A stretch of DNA of 62,912 nt, filler included, from Octopus bimaculoides (GCF_001194135.2; 8 parts of 5 records of this genome joined end to end with filler, not necessarily neighbours in it); one strand, 5' to 3'. Counted from the whole stretch's first letter, positions 26,079-39,586 are shown. Translations and numbers: made by a program. Notes: generated by a model from the sequence alone, not told the origin.

Positions 26079-26352
26079 CCTAAAGCTCCACGAGGCTCCG
26101 GCAGGAGTGAACCTTGCTGTATTCTTTCACCACAACTTTCTCTCACTCTTACTTCCTGCTTTTGTTGTGCTTGTAATTCAAAGGGTCAGCCTTGTCACAC
26201 TGTGTCACGTTGAATATCTCTGAGAACTACGTTAAGGGTACATGTGTCTGTGGAGTGCTCAACCACTTGCACGTTAATTTCACGAGCAGGCTGTTCCGTT
26301 GATCGGATCAACTGGAACCCTTGACGTCGTAAGCGACGGAGTGTCAACAACA
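26079..26352 (+). mobile_element. Short retroposon family F (3' end also at 40446-40526, minus strand)
   Basis: Shared gcacgttaatttcacgagcaggctgttccgttgatcggatcaactggaaccc..gacgtcgtaagcgacggagtg.caaca. Confidence 0.8.
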
Positions 26353-27844
26353 ACAACTTCTCTCAGGCAACATCTGCGTAGGGAGATTTTGTTGTGTAGG
26401 TAACTGCTGGTCTTATAAAAATCTTACCCACATACACATCCTGAAGAGAAACTTCCCGGGTAGTGATACACGGTAAACCTGACCAACAGATGCCTTTACA
26501 TATGTGTTTCTCCATCTAAAGGGAAGGATATATTAAAGAATATAGCCCACCGTACACAAAATGTCGAATACGTACAGCTAGAAGGCTTTCATCATAGGAT
26601 TCACTCACTGTTGAGCTGGGGTCACACAACAACAAATATGTCATTCAGTCACTCTCCAACTTTCCTTTGCTATTTATCACTTACTTTCATACCAAAATAT
26701 ACACTCAGCAATGTCTATAATAAGAAAACGTATATTGCGGTCCAGCACTATCTTTAAGATAGCGTGTTAGCGCTAGTTTTGTTCTTTGAAATTCCCAACA
26801 TCTGGAGTGGCTAATTAATACTTTAGATGTGTCCCATGAATGTTACCCTTAAGCAAATAACTGCTGCATGTACTGCATCGCGGCCAGGTTGACATTAGAC
26901 AAAAAGTAATGAGGAGAAGAAATGGGTCGAATGATTTAACGAATGAATTTATTTTAAAATAAATTTGTAAAATAATAAAAGAAGATAGTCAGCATTTACA
27001 ATGAGCGTCTTACATTATGCATGTTGTTGCTGTTTTTATTGTTAAAGCAACAACAAAATTGCGGGAAGAAAAACAAAATAAGAAAAAGTTGTTTTTTTTT
27101 TTTAAAAAAAGCAATGTACTTAGTGACGTCATTTATCTGTAAATTTTTATTGTATTTGAATGGTGAGAAAAATACGGAGAGCCAAGTCAAGACAAGCTAG
27201 TCAGTCAGTCAGCCAGCCAAACTGACAGACTGACAGACAGACACAAATTAGAGTTAATATGCCTCAGCTTAGACAATAAGTATTATTATAAGATTCACCC
27301 GTTGTTTACTCGATGAGAAAATAAGTGAATCTCCCTCACCCCACTTGTCTCTCATGCTCTTCTCTTTCTATCACTCTCTCTCACTCTCTCTCTCTCTCTC
27401 TCTCTGACTTACAGCGAGTTATTTATTTAGTTCACCTAACAGTAGTTTCAACCTACTAGAAATAGCAATCAAATCTACCTCTACTCAAATGCCATAGTGT
27501 TAAAATTAATGAAGAATCGTTGGACAATGTTAGCCCTTGAAAACAAAACAGCCACAGCTTGGGTTAATGACAACAATGTGCTTAGGTCATAAGCTATCTA
27601 ACCACTGCCTCTCTCTCTTTCTCTCTCTCTAATTACTTCTTTCTCCTCTCTCCTACTTTCTCTGTTTTCTCTTCTCATTCTTATTTTCTGTCTTTCTTTC
27701 TTTCTCGTTTTTTTTCCTCAGCCGTTTTTATTTCTCTCTTTTTTTTTATTCGCTTTCATTTTGATGGTCCTTTTTCCAGTTTAACATTTTTTTCCTTTTC
27801 ATTTTCTCTAACCATTAATTTCGTTTCCTGTTCTTCGTTATTCC

Positions 27845-28301
27845 TCCTGGCTAGGTCGCTAGTCGATCGACTGTGGCTTCTCTCTTGCTCCAAGTAGCGA
27901 ACTCAGCACTGCAAGTCAACGGGTTACTAATGAATTAATTACACAGAGTTTTTCTGCCAACAAAGATGGGATCGACTACTATAGGTAAAATTTAATATGT
28001 TAATTATGTTATCTCACCGACCCTTTTGACAACCCCTAAAACCTAATACTCCCCTTCAACATGCCCAGCACCCCTCGCCCCGGGGGCGATACTGCCCACG
28101 TTGAGAACCTCTGCTCTAATGAATCTGCTTGATCACAACTACCAAGCTATAAATAATTACCCCCGTTGAGGTATAAATCATCTTGTTGGCAGAAAAACTC
28201 TGTGTAATTGATTCGTTAGTAACCCGTTGACTTGCAGTGCTGAGTTCACTTCTTTGAGCAAGAGAGAAGCCACAGTCGATCGACTAGCGACCCAGCCAGG
28301 A
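27845..28301. repeat. Long inverted repeat with arms of about 123 bp
   Basis: 27845-27967 is the reverse complement of 28179-28301 at roughly 90% identity. Confidence 0.9.
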
Positions 28302-28462
28302 AGATGGATCTTTACCTTTTGGCCGGCACATTTAAAAAATAATTTTTTGTAACTAATATGTTAAACATGATAAAATTAGTAATGGTTATTTACCAAAAAA
28401 ATTTTTTAATGAGAGATAAGTCGTGTGCTGCTATTTCTAGCAGGTCAAGCAACTGTGTAGAC

Positions 28463-28735
28463 CAGGCATGGCCAACCCGAATTACATTGCGGGTCACTTT
28501 TATCACAGAAAGTTTTTTTGTGGGCCGCTTGTATATTGACTGAATTGAAAGCATTTTGCTTTCTCATGCTATTAATATAATAATGAATGAATGATCGTTG
28601 ATTCAACATGAAATATTATCGTTGCAAAAACAGTAGTATCTTTCTGTTTTACTTTTCATTACAATCTTTAATTTTTGATAAAAATTTTAAAGTGTTTGTT
28701 TAAATAAACCCATTCCAAGAAAGTATCAAGCAGGC
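28463..28735 (+). mobile_element. hAT-type MITE, left part (runs into a gap)
   Basis: Begins caggcatggccaac directly after gtgtagac, a Buster-like nTnTAGAn target. Confidence 0.55.
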
Positions 28736-28855
28736 NNNNNNNNNNNNNNNNNNNNNNNNNNNNNNNNNNNNNNNNNNNNTTAATTAATTAANNNNNNNNN
28801 NNNNNNNNNNNNNNNNNNNNNNNNNNNNNNNNNNNAAAAACTTCCTCAGAGAGGA

Positions 28856-29125
28856 TCCGGCGTTTGCTGATCGTTTATTTAATCCCTTCTTACTGATCGT
28901 CCGGCGGATTGCAGCAGTTGTTTTCTCGTTAAAATATGGCAGTCTCAAAAGACACATGGTATCCCTGGATGGGTGGGTTTTGTTAGATACTCTGATACTT
29001 AAGTTTTTGGTGAAAGAAACTGAACTGCCATTCTCTCTAAGGACTGTTCAGAATTCTATGGTGATGGTCTTTTTTTCAATTGTCTTGTTGCATTTACTAT
29101 GTATCCTGTGTATCATGTTTCGTAC
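28856..29125 (-). mobile_element. Penelope-like element, RT thumb/linker fragment
   Basis: TVLRENG and LRLPYFNEKTTAAIRRTISKKGL..SSLRKF resemble the PLE L..NGYP and LPY...I.R.L.K motifs. Confidence 0.6.
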
Positions 29126-29142
29126 CTAAACTGTCTTAGTTC

Positions 29143-29308
29143 TTGTTGTGTCGACGCCCCCCAGGCGAAGAAGTAGGATCTTCCAAGACATATAAGTAGA
29201 GGTAGTCTGGCCGTGGTAGGAGAGTTGAGTAGCAGTTGAGTAGCAGTTGTGTAGCGGTTGAGTAGAGATCATCCGAAGGCTCCAGATAGCAGTAACTTGA
29301 GATATAAC
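29143..29308 (-). repeat. Unclassified dispersed repeat (second copy at 34077-34243, + strand)
   Basis: About 165 bp highly similar between the two copies, both ending cctggggggcgtcgacacaacaa. Confidence 0.8.
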
Positions 29309-30002
29309 AGTTCTGATGGGCAGAGCTGAATTATAAGGCACATTTAGGCCCCTGCGTACCACCTTTTTCTTAAAGTAAGTAGTAATGGATCCTTTTCTCT
29401 GTGACTTTGAATCCAAAGTCAGGTAGAGACAAGGAACTTGTGATATTCGAATTTTATGTGTTCATTAATGTTACTGAATATGTTGTATATTTTAAAGACC
29501 TTCGCGTGGAAGAATGTCAGCATAAGGATGTCTTGTATTCACCTGGCGAATAAAAGGCGGAACAATGGCGGCTGTTAAATGTCCTGGCTGTTAAGTGGAC
29601 CGTGTGTGCATGCATATATATATATATATATATATTTATCCTGTTCACGCTATTTTATTAGCATTATCACGCGTTTGAGAATAAACTATTTCTGTATTTA
29701 TATATATATATAGTCTGTTACAGTCTGTCAGATACCGGCCATGATGAAATACCAAAAGGTATTGAAAATACGTATTCGCCTTTATATATTTAATCCTTTA
29801 TATTGAACACTCAATATTTCATATATTCAATAATACATATTCCATATATTCAATAAGACATTCAGTACTTCATTTCATTGTACCATCCATTTTTATATTA
29901 TATATTATATATTCCATATTCTATATCCCACATTAATTTTACAAGAATATAAATAAAACATAAAAAAACAGACAGAGTTGGAACTCTTTTAANNNNNNNN
30001 NN

Positions 30003-30034
<32 letters not shown>

Positions 30035-31379
30035 CATGTGCATATATACATATGCATATATATACATGTGCATATATATATATACGCATATGTATATACA
30101 TGTATATATATACATGTCCATATATATACATGTGCATATATATATATACGCACACATACATGCATATGTATATATGTATGTATATATGCATGTATGTACG
30201 TATGTATGTATGTATATGTTTGTATATATATATATATATCTTTTCCCCCTCGTATTTCCTCTCTTTCTCTTTTCCTCTCGTTGCTCACCTATTCTTCTAC
30301 TTCCTCCCTCTCTTTCTCCCTCTACCACTCTCTCTCTTCCCTTTACACCGGCATGGTCACATGCTTCCGGTCAATAATCCTTTCCTTCCTTGGCTTTCGC
30401 CAAGTAACGCACGCCACCACTTTGTCTCTCTCGGTTCCGTGCCTCATCGCGTTCATACACACATAATTTTTCTCGTCTGGCCGTAAAGCCTTTTCTGTTT
30501 GTTTTCCTGTCTTGTTTTTTGTCCGCCACTACATTCCTCCATNNNNNNNNNNNNNNNNNNNNNNNNNNNNNNNNNNNNNNNNNNNNNNNNNNNNNNNNNN
30601 NNNNNNNNNNNNNNNNNNNNNNNNNNNNNNNNNNNNNNNNNNNNNNNNNNNNNNNNNNNNNNNNNNNNNNNNNNNNNNNNNNNNNNNNNNNNNNNNNNNN
30701 NNNNNNNNNNNNNNNNNNNNNNNNNNNNNNNNNNNNNNNNNNNNNNNNNNNNNNNNNNNNNNNNNNNNNNNNNNNNNNNNNNNNNNNNNNNNNNNNNNNN
30801 NNNNNNNNNNNNNNNNNNNNNNNNNNNNNNNNNNNNNNNNNNNNNNNNNNNNNNNNNNATATAATATTAGGGATAAAATCCAAAATTACAGGTAAAAACT
30901 CAATTAAAATCAATTTATTAAAACTTAAAATATGTGACAGTGGATTTTCATCGATGAGTTCATGAACCTTGGTTCTTTTCCCTAAAACTATATATTTATA
31001 TATAAATATATGTGTATATATACGTATACATACATGTGTGCTGCTGTGTGTCGAAGTGATAGAGTGGTAGGAATGTTAGAGCCGCAGACATATATATATA
31101 TATATATGCGATTAAAATTTCAAAAGGAAGCGGAGAATACATACAAAAGAATTCAAAATGTTTAAGCATTTTTCTCTTATATCGAAAGTGATGGAAATAT
31201 CCATAGCGACCACTGGAATTTCAGAGGTGTAAAGTACTAATATTGAAGAAGAACCAACGATAAACACTAGTACACATACACATGAAAACCTTTCAGTATC
31301 GTTAATCAATATTAGTGCAAAGCTGGTGTACGCTTGGATAATATATCCCTAAGAAAGAACTTCTTTCTATACCGACTTA

Positions 31380-31441
<62 letters not shown>

Positions 31442-31823
31442 TACACTCGCACAAAGACGCTCGCGCGCATATAAATGTACAAAAGTATTTTGTTTTCAAA
31501 GAACGTTGTCTGGAAATGATATTGATTGATTGATTGATTGAGGGGACAATAGCTAAAATTCCATCAGCTACAGACAGCCTCACGCCGCTAGAGGAACCAT
31601 CAGTCTCTATGACGTCATGATACCATTACAAATATGACCAGACCACTACAAATACGACCAACACAACTTGAAACACCACCGTTCCACCGCAAAAATATTA
31701 TCAAATTACTAGAGAATACCACCATGTCACTACGCAATTACGGAATATTTCAACAACTGCAAACCGTTCTTTTTAAGGACATCTACGACTGCATCATCTA
31801 ATGTATTTTTATCGTTATTATTC

Positions 31824-32230
31824 AGGCGCAGGAGTGGCTTTGTTGTAAGTAACTTGCTTACCAACCACATGGTTCTGGGTTCAGTCCCACTGCGTGACAC
31901 CTTGGGCAAGTGTCTTCTACTATAGCCTCGGGCCGACCAAAGTCTTGTGAGTGGATTCGGTAGACAGAAACTGAAAGAAGCCCGTCGTATATATGTATAT
32001 ATATATATTTATGTATGTGTGTGTATCTGTGTCCCCCCCCCCAACTTCGCTTGACAACAGATGCTGGTGTGTTTACGTCCCCGTAACTTAGCGGTTCGGC
32101 AAAAGAGACCGATAGCATAAGTACTAGGCCTACAAAGAATAAGTCCTGGGGTCAATTTGCTCGACTAAAGGCGGTGCTCCAGCATGGCCGCAGTCAAATG
32201 ACTGAAACAAGTAAAAGAGTGAAAGAGTAA
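31824..32230 (+). mobile_element. SINE family B, full length
   Basis: Begins ggcgcaggagtggc; same two-arm structure as the 4818 copy. Confidence 0.9.
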
Positions 32231-32714
32231 TAGCAGGAAGATGACGAGCAGACAGAATCGTTAGCGCATCGGATAAAATGCTTAGTGATATCTCTTCCGT
32301 CTCTTTACGTTCTAACTTCAAAACCCTTCAAGGACAACATCGCCTTTCATCAAAGAGTATGATGATAGCTTTATGATTTTTGCCCCGATTATTGATTCAC
32401 TCCTATGTTAACAGATTCCATTCAGGGAATCTAGAATTATCTGATTACTCGAAGATAAAATACAAAAGCCAAGATCGGCGATCAATTGGGTAGGGTTTTG
32501 CTTTTTGGTGGGGCCGATGGTGTTTTTTGATATTTTGGGGTTTTTTTTTTTTTTTGGTTTTTGAAGAAATAAATGTAGGAATTTCATTGCCAACAATTTT
32601 ATTTTATTTTATTCCATACTCGAAACAGTATTCCATCTTCGTGCATCAATTTCTGGTATGTGCATGTGTTATGTGTGGAATCTATCTATGTGTGATTGAG
32701 TGTGCATGTGTGTA

Positions 32715-33127
32715 TACTCTTTTACTCGTTTTACTCTTTTACTTGTTTCAGTCATTTGACTGCGGCCATGCTGGAGCACCGCCTTTAGTCGAGAAAATCG
32801 ACCCCAGGACTTATTCTTTGTAAGCCTAGTACTTATTCTATCGGTCTCTTTTTGCCGAACCGCTAAGTTACGGGGACATAGACACACCAGCATCGGTTGT
32901 CAAGCGATAGTGGAGGGACAAACAGACACACAAACATATATATATATATATACATATATATACGACGGGCTTCTTTCAGTTTCCGTCTACCAAATCCACT
33001 CACAAGGCTTTGGTCGGCCCGAGGCTATAGTAGAAGACGCTTGCCCAAGGTGCCACGCAGTGGGACTGAACCCGGAACCATGTGGTTGGTAAGCAAGCTA
33101 CTTACCACACAGCCACTCCTACGCCTA
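32715..33127 (-). mobile_element. SINE family B, full length
   Basis: Reverse complement of family B; lies inverted relative to the 31824 copy about 500 bp away. Confidence 0.9.
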
Positions 33128-33389
33128 TGTGTACATTTTGTCTTTTTTAAATTAGATTTAGTTTCGACCGGCCATCAGTTTGCTGGCAAGGTTATGAGGG
33201 TAAGTGTCTTATTTCATTCATCATCCTTCAAATCTTAAGAACACCTTGTAGATTTTATTGTTCCAAATATTAGGATCATTTGTAGTGTATAAATTGAGAA
33301 ATTGCGATCTCTCCCGCCAAAAACTCAAATTCAGTCATGCTTTGCTCCTGACAGGCTGGTACATATACCCTTTCTCCAAAAGTAATAAC

Positions 33390-33472
<83 letters not shown>

Positions 33473-33474
<2 letters not shown>

Positions 33475-34027
33475 GCCTGGATGCATACCAGGCAGTAACT
33501 CTCATGGCTTCTGATCTTAATTGTTTGGAAGTGTTATCATGTACATTGTTTTGACTTTGTATAAAAGATGGGCTACAGCAAATATTCTGTTTAATACCAC
33601 AGATTTGCTTGTCAGTTGTTTGACCTTAACCAGTTGAGCATGTCACTTGGTGGCTGACGATATGCGCATCTCTGAAATTGAGCAGAAGTAGTGGGGGAGG
33701 ATCATAGCCATGTATTGAGAGGAATTCTTTAGGGTTTGAATAATTCACCTTTGGAAAAATGGGTGTTTCGTTCAACATCTTTAAACAAACCTTATTCAGG
33801 GCCCTTTTGAGCGGGATGGGGTACTCGACCTGAAGAAAATTCTAACTGGGCCCCACCTGCGAGGTCATGTGCTGTTTATCGTGATATGAGATCACCATGT
33901 CGCGCACATATGGTTGTGATGCATGTGCCTGGTGTACCCTTATCAGACGGGTAGTCATGATGGGTATACCGGGCTTCGTATATTTTACCCCCGTGTCACT
34001 TTGATGGCATGCACTGCTCTCTCACTC
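33473..34027 (+). mobile_element. Non-coding dispersed element embedded in (TAA)n, probably a LINE 3' UTR
   Basis: Its 3' 235 bp are highly similar to 41770-42002; (AAT)n on both sides. Confidence 0.75.
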
Positions 34028-34243
34028 AATAATAATAATAATAACGGGTCATGAAGAAGAAATACGCAAGAAGGGTGTTATGTCTCAAAGCTACTGCTAT
34101 CTAGCACTTTCGGATGATCCCTACTCAACCGCTACACAACTGCTACTCGACTGCTACTCAACCCTCCTACCACGGCCAGACTACCTCTATTTATATGTCT
34201 TGGAAGATCCTACTTCTTCGCCTGGGGGGCGTCGACACAACAA

Positions 34244-34693
34244 AGGGACTACAGAATCAATTTCATATAGCCACACCAGAATCTACTGGAAAAAATAGGT
34301 GAGATTGACTGATGAAAGGAACGCTAAAAAAAAGAGACCGAAAATACTATACTGGCAACGCATGACCAAGATTTGGCCACGAACTGGGGGGGGGGGTCAA
34401 CCTTAGGAATGAGCAAGTGTCTCCGCTGTGCCGCATCTGCAATAGAGGGGATGAAACCATTGTTCATATCATGAACGAATGCCCAAGACTTGCCCAAAAC
34501 CACCACAAGTTGTGGCGACACTATCAGATAGTGAAAGTGCTATATTGGAAACTGTGCGAAAAGTGGGGCTAGAGAAAGGCAAGAAGTGGTATGAGCACAA
34601 ACTGCTGAGAGTGACGAAGTCGGAAACTAGCAAAATCCTCTGGGATCTCCCAATCCAAACAGATCAGGTCCTGGAGCATAACAGACCGGACCT
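34244..34693 (+). mobile_element. R4/Dong-clade LINE fragment (CCHC finger and start of the restriction-like endonuclease)
   Basis: Frameshifted KGLQNQF..WLMKGTLKK-ETENTILATHDQ..CRICNRGDETIVHIMNECPRLAQ..LYWKLCEKWG..WYEH..KILWDLPIQTD..HNRPD. Confidence 0.85.
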
Positions 34694-35910
34694 ACATTTT
34701 TTTCCCCAGCTTAAGGCTGTTTTTTGGGGTTTTTTTATCCAGCTTAATGCTGTTTTTTGGCGCGGGGACATAGAATACCCGATCGCGCGATTAAACCATT
34801 GGGAGTGAAGGACCCCTAGCCCTTGTTAGGGCATCCTTCTAGGAGAAGGTAACTCAGGCAACTGGGATAACTCCGACATAAAACCTGCGGCTCAGTGGTT
34901 ACCGATGATGTTGAATTGTTCTTCTTTTCGGGTTATGGCTACTGTTGCTTAGTGAGTGGCATTGACTAAGTGCACAGCCTTTCCTCACTTTAAAAAAAAT
35001 CTTCTTGCACAGGCACTACACGATAACAACATGGATTGATTGATTAATCAATTAACTAATTGATGATTGTTGATAGTGCTGTGAGTCTCAACTGAATGGC
35101 TGGCTGTAGCCTTAAAAAGCAAACAATCCATGATGTGACATTGTAGATCTTTGACTGGGCTAAAAAGTCACATTCGATCACAGCACCGTTAAGTTAAGCT
35201 TCGTGCAATGGCTATACTCGATAACGAGGGGGCAGCCATCAGGTATGTATGTATGTATGTGTTTATGTATGTCTGTGTGTATGTATGTAAGTGTATGAGC
35301 CAATGTCTGCGTTATATCTACCAACCACTGTTATGTTTAGATCGTTACATACACACTTTAGTTTGTCCCAGCCATCAAAGTTATGACTATAGTGGAACAT
35401 CATTTTCAAAATAATATCAGTGATTATAAATTTCTTAAGACATTGTATCGTACGACACAATGCATTTTGTCTGCTTTAAAAAAAAATCTTAGCTATAAGG
35501 TGTTTTTCCTATTGTGTGGTGACACGCCAGAAAAGTTAAACAATAATATAATCACTGTTAAATCTAAAAGTCATTTCGTGCCAAAATTCTATAAAAGTCA
35601 AAACATGAAAGAGGTTTTTGTTTTGTTTTGTTTTTTTTAAAGAACCGAAGATAAAATGGTATATAATTTCATCTCGTTAATATAAACTAAATTCCAAAAT
35701 CTTTGGCGAAGAAAGATGTCGAACAAGCTCTTCAAATGTGTTGTGATTGGCGAAATAGTGAGTTAGAGGTATTGTCTATATTTATGTTGTATGCTTGATG
35801 ACATGACGGTCTCACATTGGAAGAGTTACATTGCGAGGTCGGAATATAGAGACCGGAAGCAAATAAGACGAATTGTTCTCTACATTGTTAAAACTGAATG
35901 ATGTAGTGAG

Positions 35911-36000
35911 AGAAGCGAGATGAAGAGAGAAGCGAGATGAAGAGAGAAGCGAGATGAAGAGAGAAGCGAGATGAAGAGAGAAGCGAGATGAAGAGAGAAG
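35911..36000. repeat. 17-bp minisatellite, about 5 units
   Basis: (agaagcgagatgaagag)n directly beside a (GATA)n array. Confidence 0.9.
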
Positions 36001-36015
36001 CTATAGATAGATAGC

Positions 36016-36093
<78 letters not shown>

Positions 36094-37416
36094 TGTTCCT
36101 TTATTGGCCACACAGGGCTGAACACAGAGGGGACAAAATACAAAGTAGAGCTTTTCTTTTTGGGAAGGAAAAAAAATGGGAGGGTAGAATTTCGATCAAA
36201 AGCGATCGTGGAAAAAAAGGGGAGGAAGCCGATCAATAGGGATCGTGTACCACAGTAATGTCATAGTGTAAAAAGGAAAACAGATTAGGTTTATCCGTGG
36301 AAAGAAAAGCCTATGGAAAAGACCACGGTAACCTCGGGCAATAATGTCATGCAAAAAAACACATTACAGTAAGTGACTCTCTTTTTTCCTTTCTTTTTCT
36401 GGTTCATAGGATTGTGCTCAAGGTGGCTCCGTCATTCACACGTGCCATCCTGGCTACATTCACCCATTTTTTTTTAAAACATTCACTAGACAAAACATCC
36501 CTCTCTACTCTCGCCTTCCTCTTCAAATGATACCTGAAGAAGTTGATGAGAGATTCACCAGAGAGGAAAATGCTTGTCTCTAGACCTTTCAGACGCGTCC
36601 ACCATACACATTCTTCCGCCATAGACACAAGTACAATGAAAATGGCTCTTCCTTCCCGTTTCAAGGAAGGAGGCGCGACAATATTCATAATAGACTCGGT
36701 TGATAAACTAACTCGTCCCACACGCGATAGCAATCGTTCGACATAAGCCCACAGGTCGCAAATGGCTGGACACTGTATGAGTGCGTGCAGAACGGTTTCG
36801 TCGCTCTGACCGCATCTCAGGCAAGTCGGCCCCGCGTTTCTGGAGCCATACCTGTAGAGCTTATCCCGAACGGGTAGCGCTTCTCGATAGCACTACCAGG
36901 CCAGGGATGTCTGGAAGTTGTTCATAGGTCCCGGCCCGAAAGTCGTCTTGAACAGGTGGGTCAGGCATTCCTCATCGACGCCCAGGTTCGCCCCGATCGT
37001 CGTCGTACCTCCCCTCAACAAATCCCCTATAGAATGATTTGGTTGTCTTGTAGTCGCTCAAGGTTGACCCGGGATGGCATAGTTGCTTGAGAGCAACGCG
37101 ACACTCGCGGTGCCATTCGCTCTTACTCAGCCTCTTTTTGGTCCACGACTGCATTTTGGTCATGGAGACGAGCTGAGGGAAAGCGCGTCTCACAAACGGC
37201 GACCACACCTGTTTACCGTCGTCTACGCAGAGCCGGAGATGTCGCAGTCTCAGCGCGTGTCTGCGCATCATCAACCACGGCATGTCCAGCCCTCCTTTTA
37301 ACGGGTGTTGGCAGCAAACGGATCGCCTGACCATCGGAACGCAACCTTTCCACAAGAAGCGGAAGAGAATGCATTCTAGTTTAGTGATGGTACGGTAGGG
37401 ACAAGGCACGACGGTC
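36094..37416 (-). mobile_element. 5'-truncated Tx1/L1-clade LINE (ORF2 C-terminus and 3' UTR)
   Basis: FRFLWKG..PMVRRSVCCQHPLKGGLDMP, then a zf-RVT-like SLAW.CYREALPVRDKL..CLRCGQSDETVLHALIQCP, a C-terminal helix region, and a 3' UTR ending gccaataaaggaaca(tcta)n. Confidence 0.88.
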
Positions 37417-37525
<109 letters not shown>

Positions 37526-38175
37526 GGCAGACAAACAGATAGGTAGGTAGGTAGGTAGGTAGGTAAGTAGGTTGGTAGATAGATAGGTTGATAGATAGAT
37601 AGATAGATAGACAGACAGACATGTATGTATGTTATGCATGCTTGCATGCATGCATGTATGTATGTATATATGTACGTATGTATGTATGTATGTATGTATG
37701 TATGTACGTATGTATGTATGTATGTATGTATGTACGTATGTATGTATGTATGTATGTATGTACGTATGTATGCATGCATAACCATACGACATTTTCGACG
37801 GTAATCGTCATCTCAATTTATCTGTCCAACACTAATAGTGAAAAGAGATTCTCACCTCCTTTCCCGCCTAACCGTGTATAGCCGTCCGCCATATCATAGT
37901 CTTTTGTTTGTTTTGTAATGAACGTTTTACTCCCTCACAGTAAGCCTACTAGTAATTCGAAGAGTGAAAAGATATTTCATAGCTCTCATTCATCAAATAT
38001 ATTTCCTCCGGGGTTTTACACTGTTTACGTTTCCCAGATATTTACAAGTCTATTTAGATTTCGATGAAAACAAAACTGTAATAAGATAGAGGACAGGGTG
38101 GAGGCTGAAGTGGAAATAAAAACTGATTGAGAAAAGAAAGGCAAGGTAGACATACAGAGATCAATGTAGGGTCGG

Positions 38176-38223
<48 letters not shown>

Positions 38224-38318
38224 GTTCGGTGTGCGTCTGTGTGTGTGTGTGCGTGTATGTGTGTGTGTGTGTGTGTGTGTGAGTGTGTCTGCGTGTACGT
38301 GTGTGAGTATGTATGTAT

Positions 38319-38359
<41 letters not shown>

Positions 38360-38481
38360 CGTATGTATGTATCGATGTTTGCTTCTCTCGGTATGTGTGT
38401 GTGGGTGCGTACGTGTGTGCACGCGTGTGTGTACGTGCGTGTATATATATAAAAATGTGTGTGTATGTGTGTGAGTATGTA

Positions 38482-38524
<43 letters not shown>

Positions 38525-39522
38525 GTATGTATGTATCGATGTTTGCCTCTCTAGGTATATGTGTGGGTGGGTGCGTGTGTGTGTGGGTGTGCGTGTGTGT
38601 ATGTGTGCGTGCGTTTGTGCGTGTGTGTGTGTTTGCCTCTGTTTTATAGGAAATAAAGATTGATTGATTGATTCTGAAGACAAATTAAATATGTCAGCTC
38701 CTTTCTAAATTTAATCGGAACAGCGGACTGAGAGTAAGCAGACAGCGGTGGCAGGACGAACGGTGGGAGATGAAACTTGTGTGACACATAGGTGGAGCTG
38801 CAGTATTTAATTACATATTGCTTCTCCTGTTACTTTCATTACCAAGGAACTTGTTCCGGTGAGGGAAAAGTTAACTTTCAGCAGTTAAAAACATTTTCGT
38901 GTCACTTTACTAGAGAACAACACAGAAAATCTTATGGATTGCTCTAAGATAAAACCGTACTTAATGTTTTTAATAAGCGCTTCATTGGCGCCGACTAAAT
39001 TTTATTTTAGAAATGTTTGGTTTTCTTGTTCGGTTTTGTTTTGGTTGTTTTTCTGCTATTTATGTCTTTCATTTTTCCAGATATTTTATTATTCTACGGG
39101 AATATATTTCTCTCTTATTTTTCCTTTGTCCCGTTTTTTCTTTTTTCTCTGATTGTTTGCTTTCCTATGATGCCGGAATAACTGCCACGGTGATGTTTTC
39201 ATAGTGCTCTCATTGCCGAATTCAGTGTACTTTTATTGGGGTGCTTTTCAAGTAATTTGAAGCATGCCCTATCTATCATTCCTAGTGTGTAAATTATGTT
39301 AATTTATTCCAAAGACAACCATAGAAACCGTTTATAAACGACCAATTGAGAAGGAGGTGATGATAAAACTCCGCCTAAAATGTTCTCCGAGTGGGCGTAG
39401 TTCACAAACTCGTAAAAAATATTCTTTTTCAAAATCCGTTGCTAAGGATATCGTTCATTCCATTAATGGATCACACAGCTAATTTGAGAGTGTAAACATG
39501 TAAACATTTATCTGAATGTATG

Positions 39523-39586
<64 letters not shown>

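Noticed and set aside
37788-37815. Hammerhead-like word (minus strand gagatgacgattaccgtcgaaa)
   Set aside because: Core CUGANGA is broken and stems I and III cannot be formed.
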